Shown here piece by piece: positions 1 to 8,460 of a DNA stretch of 64,000 nucleotides. A program made the translations under genes and the position numbers. Source of the DNA: Candidatus Sysuimicrobiota bacterium. Its GTDB lineage: Bacteria > Sysuimicrobiota > Sysuimicrobiia > Sysuimicrobiales > Sysuimicrobiaceae. The notes under the pieces are model-generated. The model was not told where the DNA came from. It saw only the letters and a list, made by a program, of their open reading frames with translations, and ran no database searches. The stretch lies in contig PSLI01000001.1 of NCBI GenBank assembly GCA_040289515.1, forward strand, positions 32,001 to 96,000, written 5' to 3'. Position 1 is the first letter of the stretch; each line of letters opens with the position of its first letter.

Positions 1-756
1 ATCGGGTCCACCATCAACTGGTCCCCCCAGGGGAAGGAGCTGAACCTGTTCTCTCTCCCCTTCCTGTTCCCCGGCGATCGGGCCTACCGGGCGCTGGACG
101 CGGTTCAACAAAGCGAGGTGGGCGAGCGGCTGTTTCGCCTCATTGAGTCCAAGGGCGTGGTGCCCCTGGCCTGGGGGGAGAACGGATTCCGCCAGCTCAC
201 CAACTCCGTCCGCCCCGTGCGCAAGCCGGCGGACCTACAGGGGCTCAAGATCCGGGTAGTGGGGTCGCCCATCTTCATCGACATCTTCCGGTTTCTGGGG
301 GCGAACCCGGTCAGCATGAACTGGGCCGAGGCCCAGACGGCCTTCGCGCAGGGCACGGTGGACGGTCAGGAGAACCCCATCAACTCCGTGATCATCCCCT
401 TCAAGCTGTGGACCACCCAGAAGTACGTGACCGTGTGGAACTACGTGGTGGACCCCCTCATCCTCGGCATGTCCAAGCAGGCGTGGGACATCCTGTCGCC
501 GCAGGACCGGGAGATCGTGCGCAGCACGGCGCGGGATGTCATGGCCCGGCAGAAGCAGGAGGCCCGGGCGGGCCTGGTGGGCTCCGTGGAAGCCCTGGAG
601 ACCCTGCGGAGGAACGGCATGGAGGTGGTGGTGCTGACCCCCGAGGAGGTGGAGGCCTTCCGACAGGCCACCCTGCCTGTGTACCGGAAGTGGAAGCAGG
701 AGATCGGCCGGACTCTGGTGGAGGCTGCGGAGAAGGTCATCCAGAACACTCGCTGA
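1..756 (+). CDS. dctP: TRAP transporter substrate-binding protein (5'-truncated by window edge)
   Basis: Frame open from base 1 (IGSTINWSPQ...); DctP motifs ENGFRQLTN, DLQGLKIRV and GTVDGQENP; followed by dctQ/dctM-like genes. Confidence 0.93.
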   Translation: MGSTINWSPQGKELNLFSLPFLFPGDRAYRALDAVQQSEVGERLFRLIESKGVVPLAWGENGFRQLTNSVRPVRKPADLQGLKIRVVGSPIFIDIFRFLGANPVSMNWAEAQTAFAQGTVDGQENPINSVIIPFKLWTTQKYVTVWNYVVDPLILGMSKQAWDILSPQDREIVRSTARDVMARQKQEARAGLVGSVEALETLRRNGMEVVVLTPEEVEAFRQATLPVYRKWKQEIGRTLVEAAEKVIQNTR

Positions 757-767
757 CCGCGGGCCTC

Positions 768-1250
768 ATGCCACCTGGGTTGATCCGCCGGCTGATGGAT
801 CGGGCCGAGGAGCTGCTCCTGGTGGCTCTCTTTGTCCTCATGTTCGTCATCTCCTTCGCGAACGTGGTGGCGCGCTACTTTCTGCGGTTCGCCCTCGCGT
901 TCACAGAGGAGATGGTGCTGGCGGCCTTCGTGTGGGCCACCCTGTTGGGTACTGCCACCGTCGTGCGCCGCGGCGCGCAGCTGGCCTTTACCTTTCTCGT
1001 GGATCGAGGAAGTCGGCCAACCCGGCGGCTGGCCCTGTGGCTGTCCTCCACCGCCACCGTGGTCGTCTTCGGGGCTCTGGCGTACTACGGGGTGCAGCAG
1101 GTAGAGCTGGAGCGCCGCCTGGGCTTCACCACGGAGGCGCTGGCGCTGCCGCAATGGTGGTACACGGCCGGGGTCCCCGCCTTCGCCGTGTGGGTGGTGT
1201 TCCGCGTCCTGCAGGCCGCGTGGGAGCTGGACCGAACCCTTCGCGCATGA
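768..1250 (+). CDS. dctQ: TRAP transporter small permease
   Basis: About 160 aa with four hydrophobic segments, NVVARY...FTEE motif; ATG at 768; stop overlaps next ATG. Confidence 0.88.
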   Translation: MPPGLIRRLMDRAEELLLVALFVLMFVISFANVVARYFLRFALAFTEEMVLAAFVWATLLGTATVVRRGAQLAFTFLVDRGSRPTRRLALWLSSTATVVVFGALAYYGVQQVELERRLGFTTEALALPQWWYTAGVPAFAVWVVFRVLQAAWELDRTLRA

Positions 1251-2527
1251 CCGCTGTCGCTTTCTTTGGCGCGTTCCTGGTCCTGCTTCTGGTGGGCGTC
1301 CCCATCGCAGCCGCCCTGGGCGTGGCCAGCCTGGCGTTCCTGTGGACGCACCCCTTGGGTGTGCAGGTGATGGCGGCCAACGTGTACTCCAACATCGCCA
1401 AGTTCCCCCTGCTGGCCATCCCGTTTTTCATCCTGGCGGGGTACGTGCTCGACCGGGTGGGGGTGTCGCGGCGGCTCGTGGACTTGCTCAGCCTGCTGGT
1501 GGGCCCGGTGCCGGGGGGGCTCGCCCTGGTGGCGATCGGTGGGTGCGTCCTGTTCGGCGCCATCTCAGGGACCGGGCCCGCGGACACCGCGGCGATCGGC
1601 ACCATCATGATCCCTGCCATGATCCGGCGTGGGTACGACCCCGCCTTTGCGGCCGCGGTGGTGGCCGCTGCGGCCACCACGGACGTCCTCATTCCGCCCA
1701 GCGTGGCCTTCGTGGTGTACGGGGTGATCACGGACACGTCCGTGCCGCGTCTGTTCGCCGCAGGCGTGGTGCCGGGGCTGCTCATGGGGTTGGCTTTGCT
1801 GGCTCCCGCGTACCTCATCAGCCGACAGAAAGGGTGGGGCGGGGCCCGGTGGGGGAACGTGCAGGAGATCCTGCGGGCCCTGTGGGACGCCAAGTGGGGC
1901 CTGCTGGCCCCGGTGGTGATCCTGGGCGGGATCTACAGCGGCATGTTCACGCCCACGGAAGCCGCGATGGTGGGAGTGGCCTACGGGCTGTTCCTGGGGT
2001 TGGTCGTGCTGCGCAACGTGACCCTGCACGACCTGTTCGAGACCTTCCGGGAGGCGGCGGTGGCCTCGGCGGTGGTGATGAGCGTGGTGGCGTTCGCCGG
2101 CCTGTACTCCTGGACGGGCGCCACTCTCGGTGTCCTGGACCAGGCGGCGCGCGCCGTGACCCGCTTCACCGACAGTGCGGTGGTCCTGCTGTTGCTGCTC
2201 AACGTGCTGTTCCTCCTTGCCGGAATGGTCCTGGACGCCATCTCCATCTTTTACGTGTTCGTCCCCATTCTGCTGCCCGTGATGGCCAAGTTCGGGTGGG
2301 ACCCCGTTTGGTTCGGGGTGGTCATGGCGGTCAACCTGTCCATCGGGACGCTCACCCCGCCAGTGGCTCTGAACCTGTACGTCGCTTCCCACATCGCCCG
2401 CGTGTCGGTGGGCCGAATCGCGCGCGCGGCCCTGCCCTTCGTGGCTTGCCTGGTGGCGGTGCTGCTGGTCCTCACCTACTGGCCGGGCCTGGTGCTGTGG
2501 TTTCCCAACGCGGTCGGGGTGCGCTAG
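1247..2527 (+). CDS. dctM: TRAP transporter large permease
   Basis: FPLLAIPFFILAG, LIPPSVAFVVYG, GMFTPTEAA and TPPVALNL motifs; ATGA overlap with dctQ. Confidence 0.95.
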   Translation: MTAVAFFGAFLVLLLVGVPIAAALGVASLAFLWTHPLGVQVMAANVYSNIAKFPLLAIPFFILAGYVLDRVGVSRRLVDLLSLLVGPVPGGLALVAIGGCVLFGAISGTGPADTAAIGTIMIPAMIRRGYDPAFAAAVVAAAATTDVLIPPSVAFVVYGVITDTSVPRLFAAGVVPGLLMGLALLAPAYLISRQKGWGGARWGNVQEILRALWDAKWGLLAPVVILGGIYSGMFTPTEAAMVGVAYGLFLGLVVLRNVTLHDLFETFREAAVASAVVMSVVAFAGLYSWTGATLGVLDQAARAVTRFTDSAVVLLLLLNVLFLLAGMVLDAISIFYVFVPILLPVMAKFGWDPVWFGVVMAVNLSIGTLTPPVALNLYVASHIARVSVGRIARAALPFVACLVAVLLVLTYWPGLVLWFPNAVGVR

Positions 2528-2532
2528 CCGCC

Positions 2533-2561
2533 TTGACCGGAGGTGGTGGCGAACCTACAAT
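2533..2561 (+). promoter_or_regulatory. sigma70-type promoter for the tRNA-Tyr/tRNA-Gly pair
   Basis: TTGACC-N17-TACAAT ending 11 nt before tRNA-Tyr. Confidence 0.8.
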
Positions 2562-2572
2562 CGCAGGTGGTT

Positions 2573-2659
2573 GGGCGGGTGCCCGAGCGGACAAAGGGGG
2601 CTGACTGTAGATCAGCTGGCGGAATGCCTTCGGAGGTTCGAATCCTTCCCCGCCCACCA
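2573..2659 (+). tRNA. tRNA-Tyr (GTA)
   Basis: Acceptor stem GGGCGGG/CCCGCCC, A73 and encoded CCA; anticodon arm GCTGA-CTGTAGA-TCAGC; long variable arm; T-loop TTCGAAT. Confidence 0.95.
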
Positions 2660-2668
2660 CTTCCGTGG

Positions 2669-2742
2669 GCGGGAGTAGCTCAATGGTAGAGCCCCAGCCT
2701 TCCAAGCTGGTGGTGCGGGTTCGATTCCCGTCTCCCGCTCCA
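2669..2742 (+). tRNA. tRNA-Gly (TCC)
   Basis: Acceptor GCGGGAG/CTCCCGC, U73 and CCA; anticodon arm CCAGC-CTTCCAA-GCTGG; T-loop TTCGATT. Confidence 0.97.
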
Positions 2743-2822
2743 CCTTCGCTTCCCAGACACCGGGAGGGCACCCGGTAACGCGGACACACGCCCTGGCGGA
2801 GCGGTTTTGGGGGGAGGCTGGG

Positions 2823-3548
2823 ATGCCACTTCGAACGTTTACGACCTGGACGTTGCTCGCCCTCGGGGGGCTCCTGGCAGCGGCTCCGGCCCCCGCGAAC
2901 GAAGCCCTGTTGCGGCAGGCCATCGCCAGCTTCTTCCGGGACGCCCGCGTCCTGCGGCTGGACGCGGTCCCGGACCTGTACGAGGGAGGGTACGCCCGGG
3001 TCAGCGTGTACGCTGCGGGGGCCACCCTGTCCGGGGGCTTTCGGGTGGATGAGGCGTGGGTGCGACTGGTGGGGGCCAGCTTCAACCCACAGGCCCTGCG
3101 CCGCGGACAGTTCCAGGTGGACAGCGTCCGCGACACAGCCCTGCATATGCGGGTGAGCTTCGACAGCCTGGAGCGGTACTTCTCGGAGCTGACGGCGGGC
3201 CAGCGGGTGCGCCTGTGGAGCGAGCGTGGGTACGTGCACGGTCGCGGCGTGGTGCCCCTGTGGGGTCCGGAGGTCCCCGTGGAGCTGCGGGGCGTGTTCG
3301 CGGTGGACGGAGGGCCGGAGCTATATTTCCGGCTGGACCGCCTGCGGGTGAGCGGCCTACCGGTCCCGGAGCCCGTGGTAAAGCAGCTGGAGCGACGCTT
3401 CAACCCCGTCCTCACCCAGAAGGACTGGCCGGTGCGGTTCAAGCTGCGGGCGGTCCTCACGCAGCCCGCAGACCTGGTGGTGACGAGCCAGCCCGGAGCC
3501 AGCTGCAGGATCTGCGCGGACTTCCCGTCCCCAACCTCCGGCCCCTGA
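2823..3548 (+). CDS. Exported protein, possibly LmeA/DUF2993-like
   Basis: GGAGG RBS, signal peptide ending in APA; beta-rich body ending FNPVL...WPVRFKLRAV; family call tentative. Confidence 0.6.
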   Translation: MPLRTFTTWTLLALGGLLAAAPAPANEALLRQAIASFFRDARVLRLDAVPDLYEGGYARVSVYAAGATLSGGFRVDEAWVRLVGASFNPQALRRGQFQVDSVRDTALHMRVSFDSLERYFSELTAGQRVRLWSERGYVHGRGVVPLWGPEVPVELRGVFAVDGGPELYFRLDRLRVSGLPVPEPVVKQLERRFNPVLTQKDWPVRFKLRAVLTQPADLVVTSQPGASCRICADFPSPTSGP

Positions 3549-3655
3549 GCACTCCGGCGTAGCGGGCGATGCCACGGTTCGTGTGCTAAGGTAGGGGCCG
3601 GTTGCCCGCGCAGGGTTCGCAACGCCTGAACACGGTATCGACGGAGGAACCCGCC

Positions 3656-4516
3656 ATGGGGGAGGTGCTGGACGGCCGCGCGCTGGCCGCGCGGATTCGC
3701 GAGGAGGTGCGCCGGGAGGTGGAAGCCTTTGCGGCCCGCCACGGCATCCGGCCGTCCCTCGCCGCCATCCTGGTGGGGGACGAGCCTGCCTGCGCCCTGT
3801 ACGTGCGCAACAAGGCCCGTGCCGCGGGACAAGCCGGCATCCGCTCGGAGACCTTCCACCTCCCCGCCCGCACTTCTCAGGTGGAGCTACTGGAGCTGGT
3901 GGACCAGCTGAACGAGCGGGAGGACGTGCACGGGATCCTCCCCCAGTTGCCCCTGCCGGAGCACCTGGACCCGCAGGCGGTGTTCGACCGCCTAGACCCC
4001 CGCAAGGACGTGGACGGGCTCAGCCCGTACAACGTGGGGCGCCTGGTCCTGGGCCGGCCCGCCCTGGTTCCCTGCACCCCCCTGGGGATCCTGGAGCTGG
4101 TGCGGGCCACAGGGGTCGAGTTGAAAGGCAAGCGGGCCGTGGTGGTGGGCCGCAGCAACCTGGTGGGCAAGCCTACGGCTCTGCTGCTGCTGGCCGAGCA
4201 CGCCACGGTGACCGTGTGCCACTCGCGCACCCGGGACCTGGCTACCCACACCCGGGAAGCGGACGTTCTGGTGGTGGCCGCGGGCAGGCCGCACCTGGTG
4301 ACCGCGGACATGGTGAAGCCGGGTGCCGTGGTGGTGGACGTGGGCATCACGCGGGAGGAGGGTGGGATCGTGGGCGACGTGGACTTCGCGGGGGTGCAGG
4401 CGGTGGCGGGCTGGATCACCCCTGTGCCGGGCGGGGTGGGGCCCATGACGGTGGCCATGCTCCTGCGAAACACCCTGCAGGCAGCCCGGCTGCAGCTGGA
4501 AGGAGGGGCGCCGTGA
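3656..4516 (+). CDS. folD: Methylenetetrahydrofolate dehydrogenase/cyclohydrolase
   Basis: [28 protein letters not shown] and [12 protein letters not shown] motifs. Confidence 0.97.
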   Translation: MGEVLDGRALAARIREEVRREVEAFAARHGIRPSLAAILVGDEPACALYVRNKARAAGQAGIRSETFHLPARTSQVELLELVDQLNEREDVHGILPQLPLPEHLDPQAVFDRLDPRKDVDGLSPYNVGRLVLGRPALVPCTPLGILELVRATGVELKGKRAVVVGRSNLVGKPTALLLLAEHATVTVCHSRTRDLATHTREADVLVVAAGRPHLVTADMVKPGAVVVDVGITREEGGIVGDVDFAGVQAVAGWITPVPGGVGPMTVAMLLRNTLQAARLQLEGGAP

Positions 4517-5859
4517 GCGGGGTGTGGTCGTACACGCAGGCCCTGGACTGGCTGGAGGGCCTGCTGAACTACGAGCGGTCTGCAGTACCGTATGCGCAGA
4601 TCAAGCTGCAGCGGATCCAGGCCCTCCTGCAGCGGCTGGGCAACCCGCAGGACCGGCTGCGCTCAGCGCTGGTGGCGGGGACGAAGGGGAAGGGCTCCAC
4701 CGCGGCCATACTGGTGTCCATCCTGCAGGCGCACGGACAACGGGTGGGCTTCTACTCCAAGCCGCACCTGGAGCACTACCGAGAGCGGATCCGCATCAAC
4801 GACGCCCTGGTGTCCCCGGACCAGCTGGCACGGCTGGTCCAGGACACAGTGCCCGCGGTGGAGGTGGGTGCGGAGGACCCGTGGGGCAAGCCTACTTACT
4901 TTGAGGTATCCGTGGCCCTGGCGCTGCGCCACTTTGTGGAGGAGCGGGTGCACCGCGCGGTGTTGGAGGTAGGGATCGGGGGTCGGCTGGACGCCACCAA
5001 TGCCTGCCACCCCGAGGTGTCCATCGTCACCCCCATCTCCTACGACCACACGGACGTCCTGGGCAGTACTTTGCAGGAGATCGCGCGGGAGAAAGCGGGG
5101 ATCCTCCGTCCGGGCAGGATTCTGGTGTCCGCACCGCAGCCGCCGGAGGCAGAACGGGTCCTGGAGCAGGCGTGCCGGGAGTTGGGCGTGCGCTGGGTGC
5201 GGGTGGGCCGCGAGGTGCGGTTCCAGGTGGAAGCCAGCGACCTAGGCGGGCTACACCTGTGGGTGCGCACGGACGCTGGGTGGTACGGGAAGCTGCGGCT
5301 GCCCCTTCTGGGACGTCATCAGGCCACCAACGCCGCGGTGGCCGTGGCCGCGGCGGAGGCGTGGCTGACACAGGATGGCGCCCGGCTGGACCCGCACGCG
5401 GTGCGGGAGGGCCTGTGGCGGGTCCGGTGGCCGGCCCGGCAGGAGCTGCTGGCCGAGCGGCCGTGGGTGCTGGTGGACGTGGCCCACAACCCCGCTTCCA
5501 TGGCGGCCCTGCGTGCCACGTTGGAGGAACTGTTCGGCGACCGGCGCGTGGTGGTGGTGGTGGGCATGGTGCGGGGCCACGAGGTCCGGCAGACCCTGTG
5601 GGAGCTGCTGCCCGTGGCGGACGAGCTGGTGGCCACGACGCCGGACCACGTGCGGGCAGTCCCCGCCAGCGAGCTGGCCGAGGTGGTGGCGGAGGCTCGG
5701 TCACAGGTCCACGTGGTGGAGCCCTGCGAGGAGGCCGTGGCGTGGGCCCTGGGCCGCTGCGGGGCGGAGGACGTGCTGGTGATCACCGGCTCCTTCTTCG
5801 TGGCCGGCCCCGCACGGCGTGCCTTGCTGGCGCGAGCGCAGCCCGCGCCGGTATCCTAG
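4513..5859 (+). CDS. folC: Folylpolyglutamate synthase/dihydrofolate synthase
   Basis: [31 protein letters not shown] and DVAHNP motifs; GTGA overlap with folD. Confidence 0.95.
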   Translation: MSGVWSYTQALDWLEGLLNYERSAVPYAQIKLQRIQALLQRLGNPQDRLRSALVAGTKGKGSTAAILVSILQAHGQRVGFYSKPHLEHYRERIRINDALVSPDQLARLVQDTVPAVEVGAEDPWGKPTYFEVSVALALRHFVEERVHRAVLEVGIGGRLDATNACHPEVSIVTPISYDHTDVLGSTLQEIAREKAGILRPGRILVSAPQPPEAERVLEQACRELGVRWVRVGREVRFQVEASDLGGLHLWVRTDAGWYGKLRLPLLGRHQATNAAVAVAAAEAWLTQDGARLDPHAVREGLWRVRWPARQELLAERPWVLVDVAHNPASMAALRATLEELFGDRRVVVVVGMVRGHEVRQTLWELLPVADELVATTPDHVRAVPASELAEVVAEARSQVHVVEPCEEAVAWALGRCGAEDVLVITGSFFVAGPARRALLARAQPAPVS

Positions 5860-5881
5860 CGGCGGGTCTGGGGGAGCGCCC

Positions 5882-7486
5882 GTGTGGGCCGATCTCCTGG
5901 TGGAACGGATTTGTGAGCAGCGCACCGCACCCTACGTGGTGAACGACGCGTGGACACCCTCAGGGCCCGCCCACGTGGGGTCCCTGCGGGGCGTGATTCT
6001 GCACGACGCGATCGCCCGGGGGTTGCGGGAGCGCGGGCTTCCCGTGGAGTTCCTGTACGGGTTCGACGACTTCGACCCCCTCGATGGACTCCCTCCTTCC
6101 CTGCCCCGCGAGTTTTACGAACCGCACATGGGTCGTCCTTTGTGCCACGTCCCCTGGCACGGGGAGGACGCCTCCAGCTTCGCGCACCACTTCGCCCGGG
6201 AGTTCGAGTCCACCTTCCGCGCCACCGGATGCGACCCCCGCACCTACCGCACCAGTGAGCTGTACCGCAGCGGGGCCTTCGACCCCGCTCTGCGGCTGGC
6301 CCTGGACCGCGCCGCGGAGATTGTGGCCATCGAGCGGGAGATCACGGGCAGCCGGCGGGCGGAACGGCACCCCGTACAGGTGGTGTGCGAGCAGTGCGGC
6401 CGCATCGGCACCACCGTGGTGCTGGACTGGGACGGCGAACAGGTGACGTACGAGTGCCGGCCGGACAAGGTGACCTGGGCCAAGGGCTGCGGGCACCGGG
6501 GCCGCCGCTCGCCCTTTGGGGGCGGGGCCAAGCTCACGTACCGGACGGAGTGGGCTGCCAAGTGGGCGTTGTTCGGGGTGAAGGTGGAGGGGGCTGGGAA
6601 GGACCACATGACCCGGGGTGGCAGCCACGACACTGCCTCCGTGGTGGCCCGAAGGATCTTCGGGGTGGAGGTCCCCTTCCCCATCCCGTACGAGTTCTTT
6701 CTGGTGGGGGGCAAGAAGATGGCCAGCAGCCGCGGCGGCGTGTCCGCGCGGGAGCTGCTGGAGGTCCTGCGGCCCGAGCTGGTGCGGTTTTTGGTGGTGC
6801 GGGCGTACTACCGGACCGCCATCAACTTCGATCCGAGCGGGGAAACGGTCCCCCGCCTGTACGACGAGTACGACCGGGCCGCGGCGGCGTACTTCGGGGA
6901 GCTGCCCGCCCGGACCCCGGGGGAGGCGCAGGACGTGCGGGACCTGGCCCGCACCTTCCACTACGCGTGGGTGAAACCCACCCCGCCCCGTCCCTTCGTG
7001 CGGCCACGCTTTTCGAAGGTGGCCTTCTGGGTGCAGATGCCCCACGTTCGGGTCGAGGAGCAGGTGGCGAAGGAAAAAGGCGCTGCCCTCACGGAGGCGG
7101 ACCGGGAGGAGCTGCGGGCACGGGTGGAGGACGCCCGGCGGTGGTTGCAGCGGTGGGCGCCGCCACAGTACCGTATCGCGGTCCGGGAAAACCTGCCGCC
7201 GGAGGTCTCAAGGCTCACGCCCGCGCAGCGGGACCTGCTGGCGCACCTTGCGGATCGGTTGGAAGGCGGAGAGCTGGAGGCGGAAGCTATCCAGACCACC
7301 CTGCACGCCCTGAGGGCGGAGCTGGGGCTAAGCGCCCGGGAAGCGTTCGCAGCCGTGTACCTGGCGTTTCTGGGCAAGGAAAGCGGCCCGCAGGCCGGGG
7401 CGCTGCTGGCAGCCCTGGGGCGGGAGTTCGTGTTGCGCCGGCTGCGGGAGGCTTCGGGGCGGCAGCCCGTGCGTCATGTTCCCTAG
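5882..7486 (+). CDS. lysS: Lysine--tRNA ligase, class I
   Basis: WADLL N-terminus, TPSGPAHVGS (HIGH-like), CxxC, GKDH, KMASSRG (KMSKS-like), C-terminal SGPQ. Confidence 0.93.
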   Translation: MWADLLVERICEQRTAPYVVNDAWTPSGPAHVGSLRGVILHDAIARGLRERGLPVEFLYGFDDFDPLDGLPPSLPREFYEPHMGRPLCHVPWHGEDASSFAHHFAREFESTFRATGCDPRTYRTSELYRSGAFDPALRLALDRAAEIVAIEREITGSRRAERHPVQVVCEQCGRIGTTVVLDWDGEQVTYECRPDKVTWAKGCGHRGRRSPFGGGAKLTYRTEWAAKWALFGVKVEGAGKDHMTRGGSHDTASVVARRIFGVEVPFPIPYEFFLVGGKKMASSRGGVSARELLEVLRPELVRFLVVRAYYRTAINFDPSGETVPRLYDEYDRAAAAYFGELPARTPGEAQDVRDLARTFHYAWVKPTPPRPFVRPRFSKVAFWVQMPHVRVEEQVAKEKGAALTEADREELRARVEDARRWLQRWAPPQYRIAVRENLPPEVSRLTPAQRDLLAHLADRLEGGELEAEAIQTTLHALRAELGLSAREAFAAVYLAFLGKESGPQAGALLAALGREFVLRRLREASGRQPVRHVP

Positions 7487-8444
7487 CCGCAAGGACCGCG
7501 CTCGACCGGTGACGGTGGTGTGCACCGCCCGGGTACAGCTGCAGCACGTAGAGCAGATCCGCCGCTGCGGTCCGCAGGTGAACGTACGGGCCGTGCGGCG
7601 GGAGGAAGCGGAGCAGCACCTGCCGGACGCGGAGGTGCTGCTCACGTGGGCGGTGCCGGATCCGTGGGTAGAGCGGGCAGTACGCCTGCGGTGGGTGCAC
7701 GTGACCTCTGCGGGGGTGGACCACCTCCTGGGGGGCGCCCTGTGGCGGTCTTCGGTGTGGATCACCAACAGCCGGGGCGTGCACGCGGGCCCGCTGGCCG
7801 AGCACGTGCTGGGCTGGCTGCTGATGTTCGCGCGCAACCTCCACATGCACCTGGAGCACCAGCGCCACCGGCGGTGGCAGCGGGAGGAGGGAGGACAGCT
7901 GACCGGCAGCACGGTGGGCATCCTGGGGCTGGGTGCCGTGGGCCGGGAGGTGGCCAGGCTGTGCAAGGCGTTCGGGGCACGGGTGGTGGGGATGCGGCGG
8001 CGTCCTGACCCGGTGCCGCACGTGGACCGCGTGGTGGGCCCGGGCGGGCTGCGGGACGTACTGGAGGTCTCCGATTACGTGGTGCTGACCCTGCCCCTGG
8101 TTCCCTCTACCCGGGGCCTGCTGGGCCCACAGCAGCTAGGCTGGATGAAGCCCCAGGCGGTGTTGGTGAACGTCGGTCGTGGAGGTCTGGTGGACGAGGT
8201 GGCACTCGCGGCCGTCCTCCGGGAGGGCCGGCTGCGGGGAGCAGCCCTGGACACGTTCGCCTCCGAGCCCCTGCCGCCCGACAGCCCCCTGTGGGGTCTG
8301 CCCAACGTCCTCCTTAGCCCCCACGTGGCGGGCAGCTTCCACGGGTACATGGACCGGGTGGTGGAGCTGTTCTGCGACAACCTCCGGCGGTACCTGGAGG
8401 GAGAGTCCCTGCGCAACGTGGTAGATAGGGAGACGGGATACTGA
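7476..8444 (+). CDS. D-2-hydroxyacid dehydrogenase family protein
   Basis: SAGVDH, GLGAVGREVA Rossmann motif, NVGRGGLVDE, LDTFASEPL and SPHVAG; alternative GTG start at 7509. Confidence 0.92.
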   Translation: MFPSRKDRARPVTVVCTARVQLQHVEQIRRCGPQVNVRAVRREEAEQHLPDAEVLLTWAVPDPWVERAVRLRWVHVTSAGVDHLLGGALWRSSVWITNSRGVHAGPLAEHVLGWLLMFARNLHMHLEHQRHRRWQREEGGQLTGSTVGILGLGAVGREVARLCKAFGARVVGMRRRPDPVPHVDRVVGPGGLRDVLEVSDYVVLTLPLVPSTRGLLGPQQLGWMKPQAVLVNVGRGGLVDEVALAAVLREGRLRGAALDTFASEPLPPDSPLWGLPNVLLSPHVAGSFHGYMDRVVELFCDNLRRYLEGESLRNVVDRETGY

Positions 8445-8460
8445 TGCGGGAGGGCCCGAG

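Noticed and set aside
2743..2822. Third tRNA (Thr) or an integration site after tRNA-Gly
   Set aside because: No cloverleaf or T-loop here, and I saw no duplicate of the tRNA 3' end elsewhere in the window.
3549..3655. THF or ZTP riboswitch before folD
   Set aside because: I could not match the conserved cores of either family; the gap is short and holds a plausible extended -10 (TGcTAAGGT).
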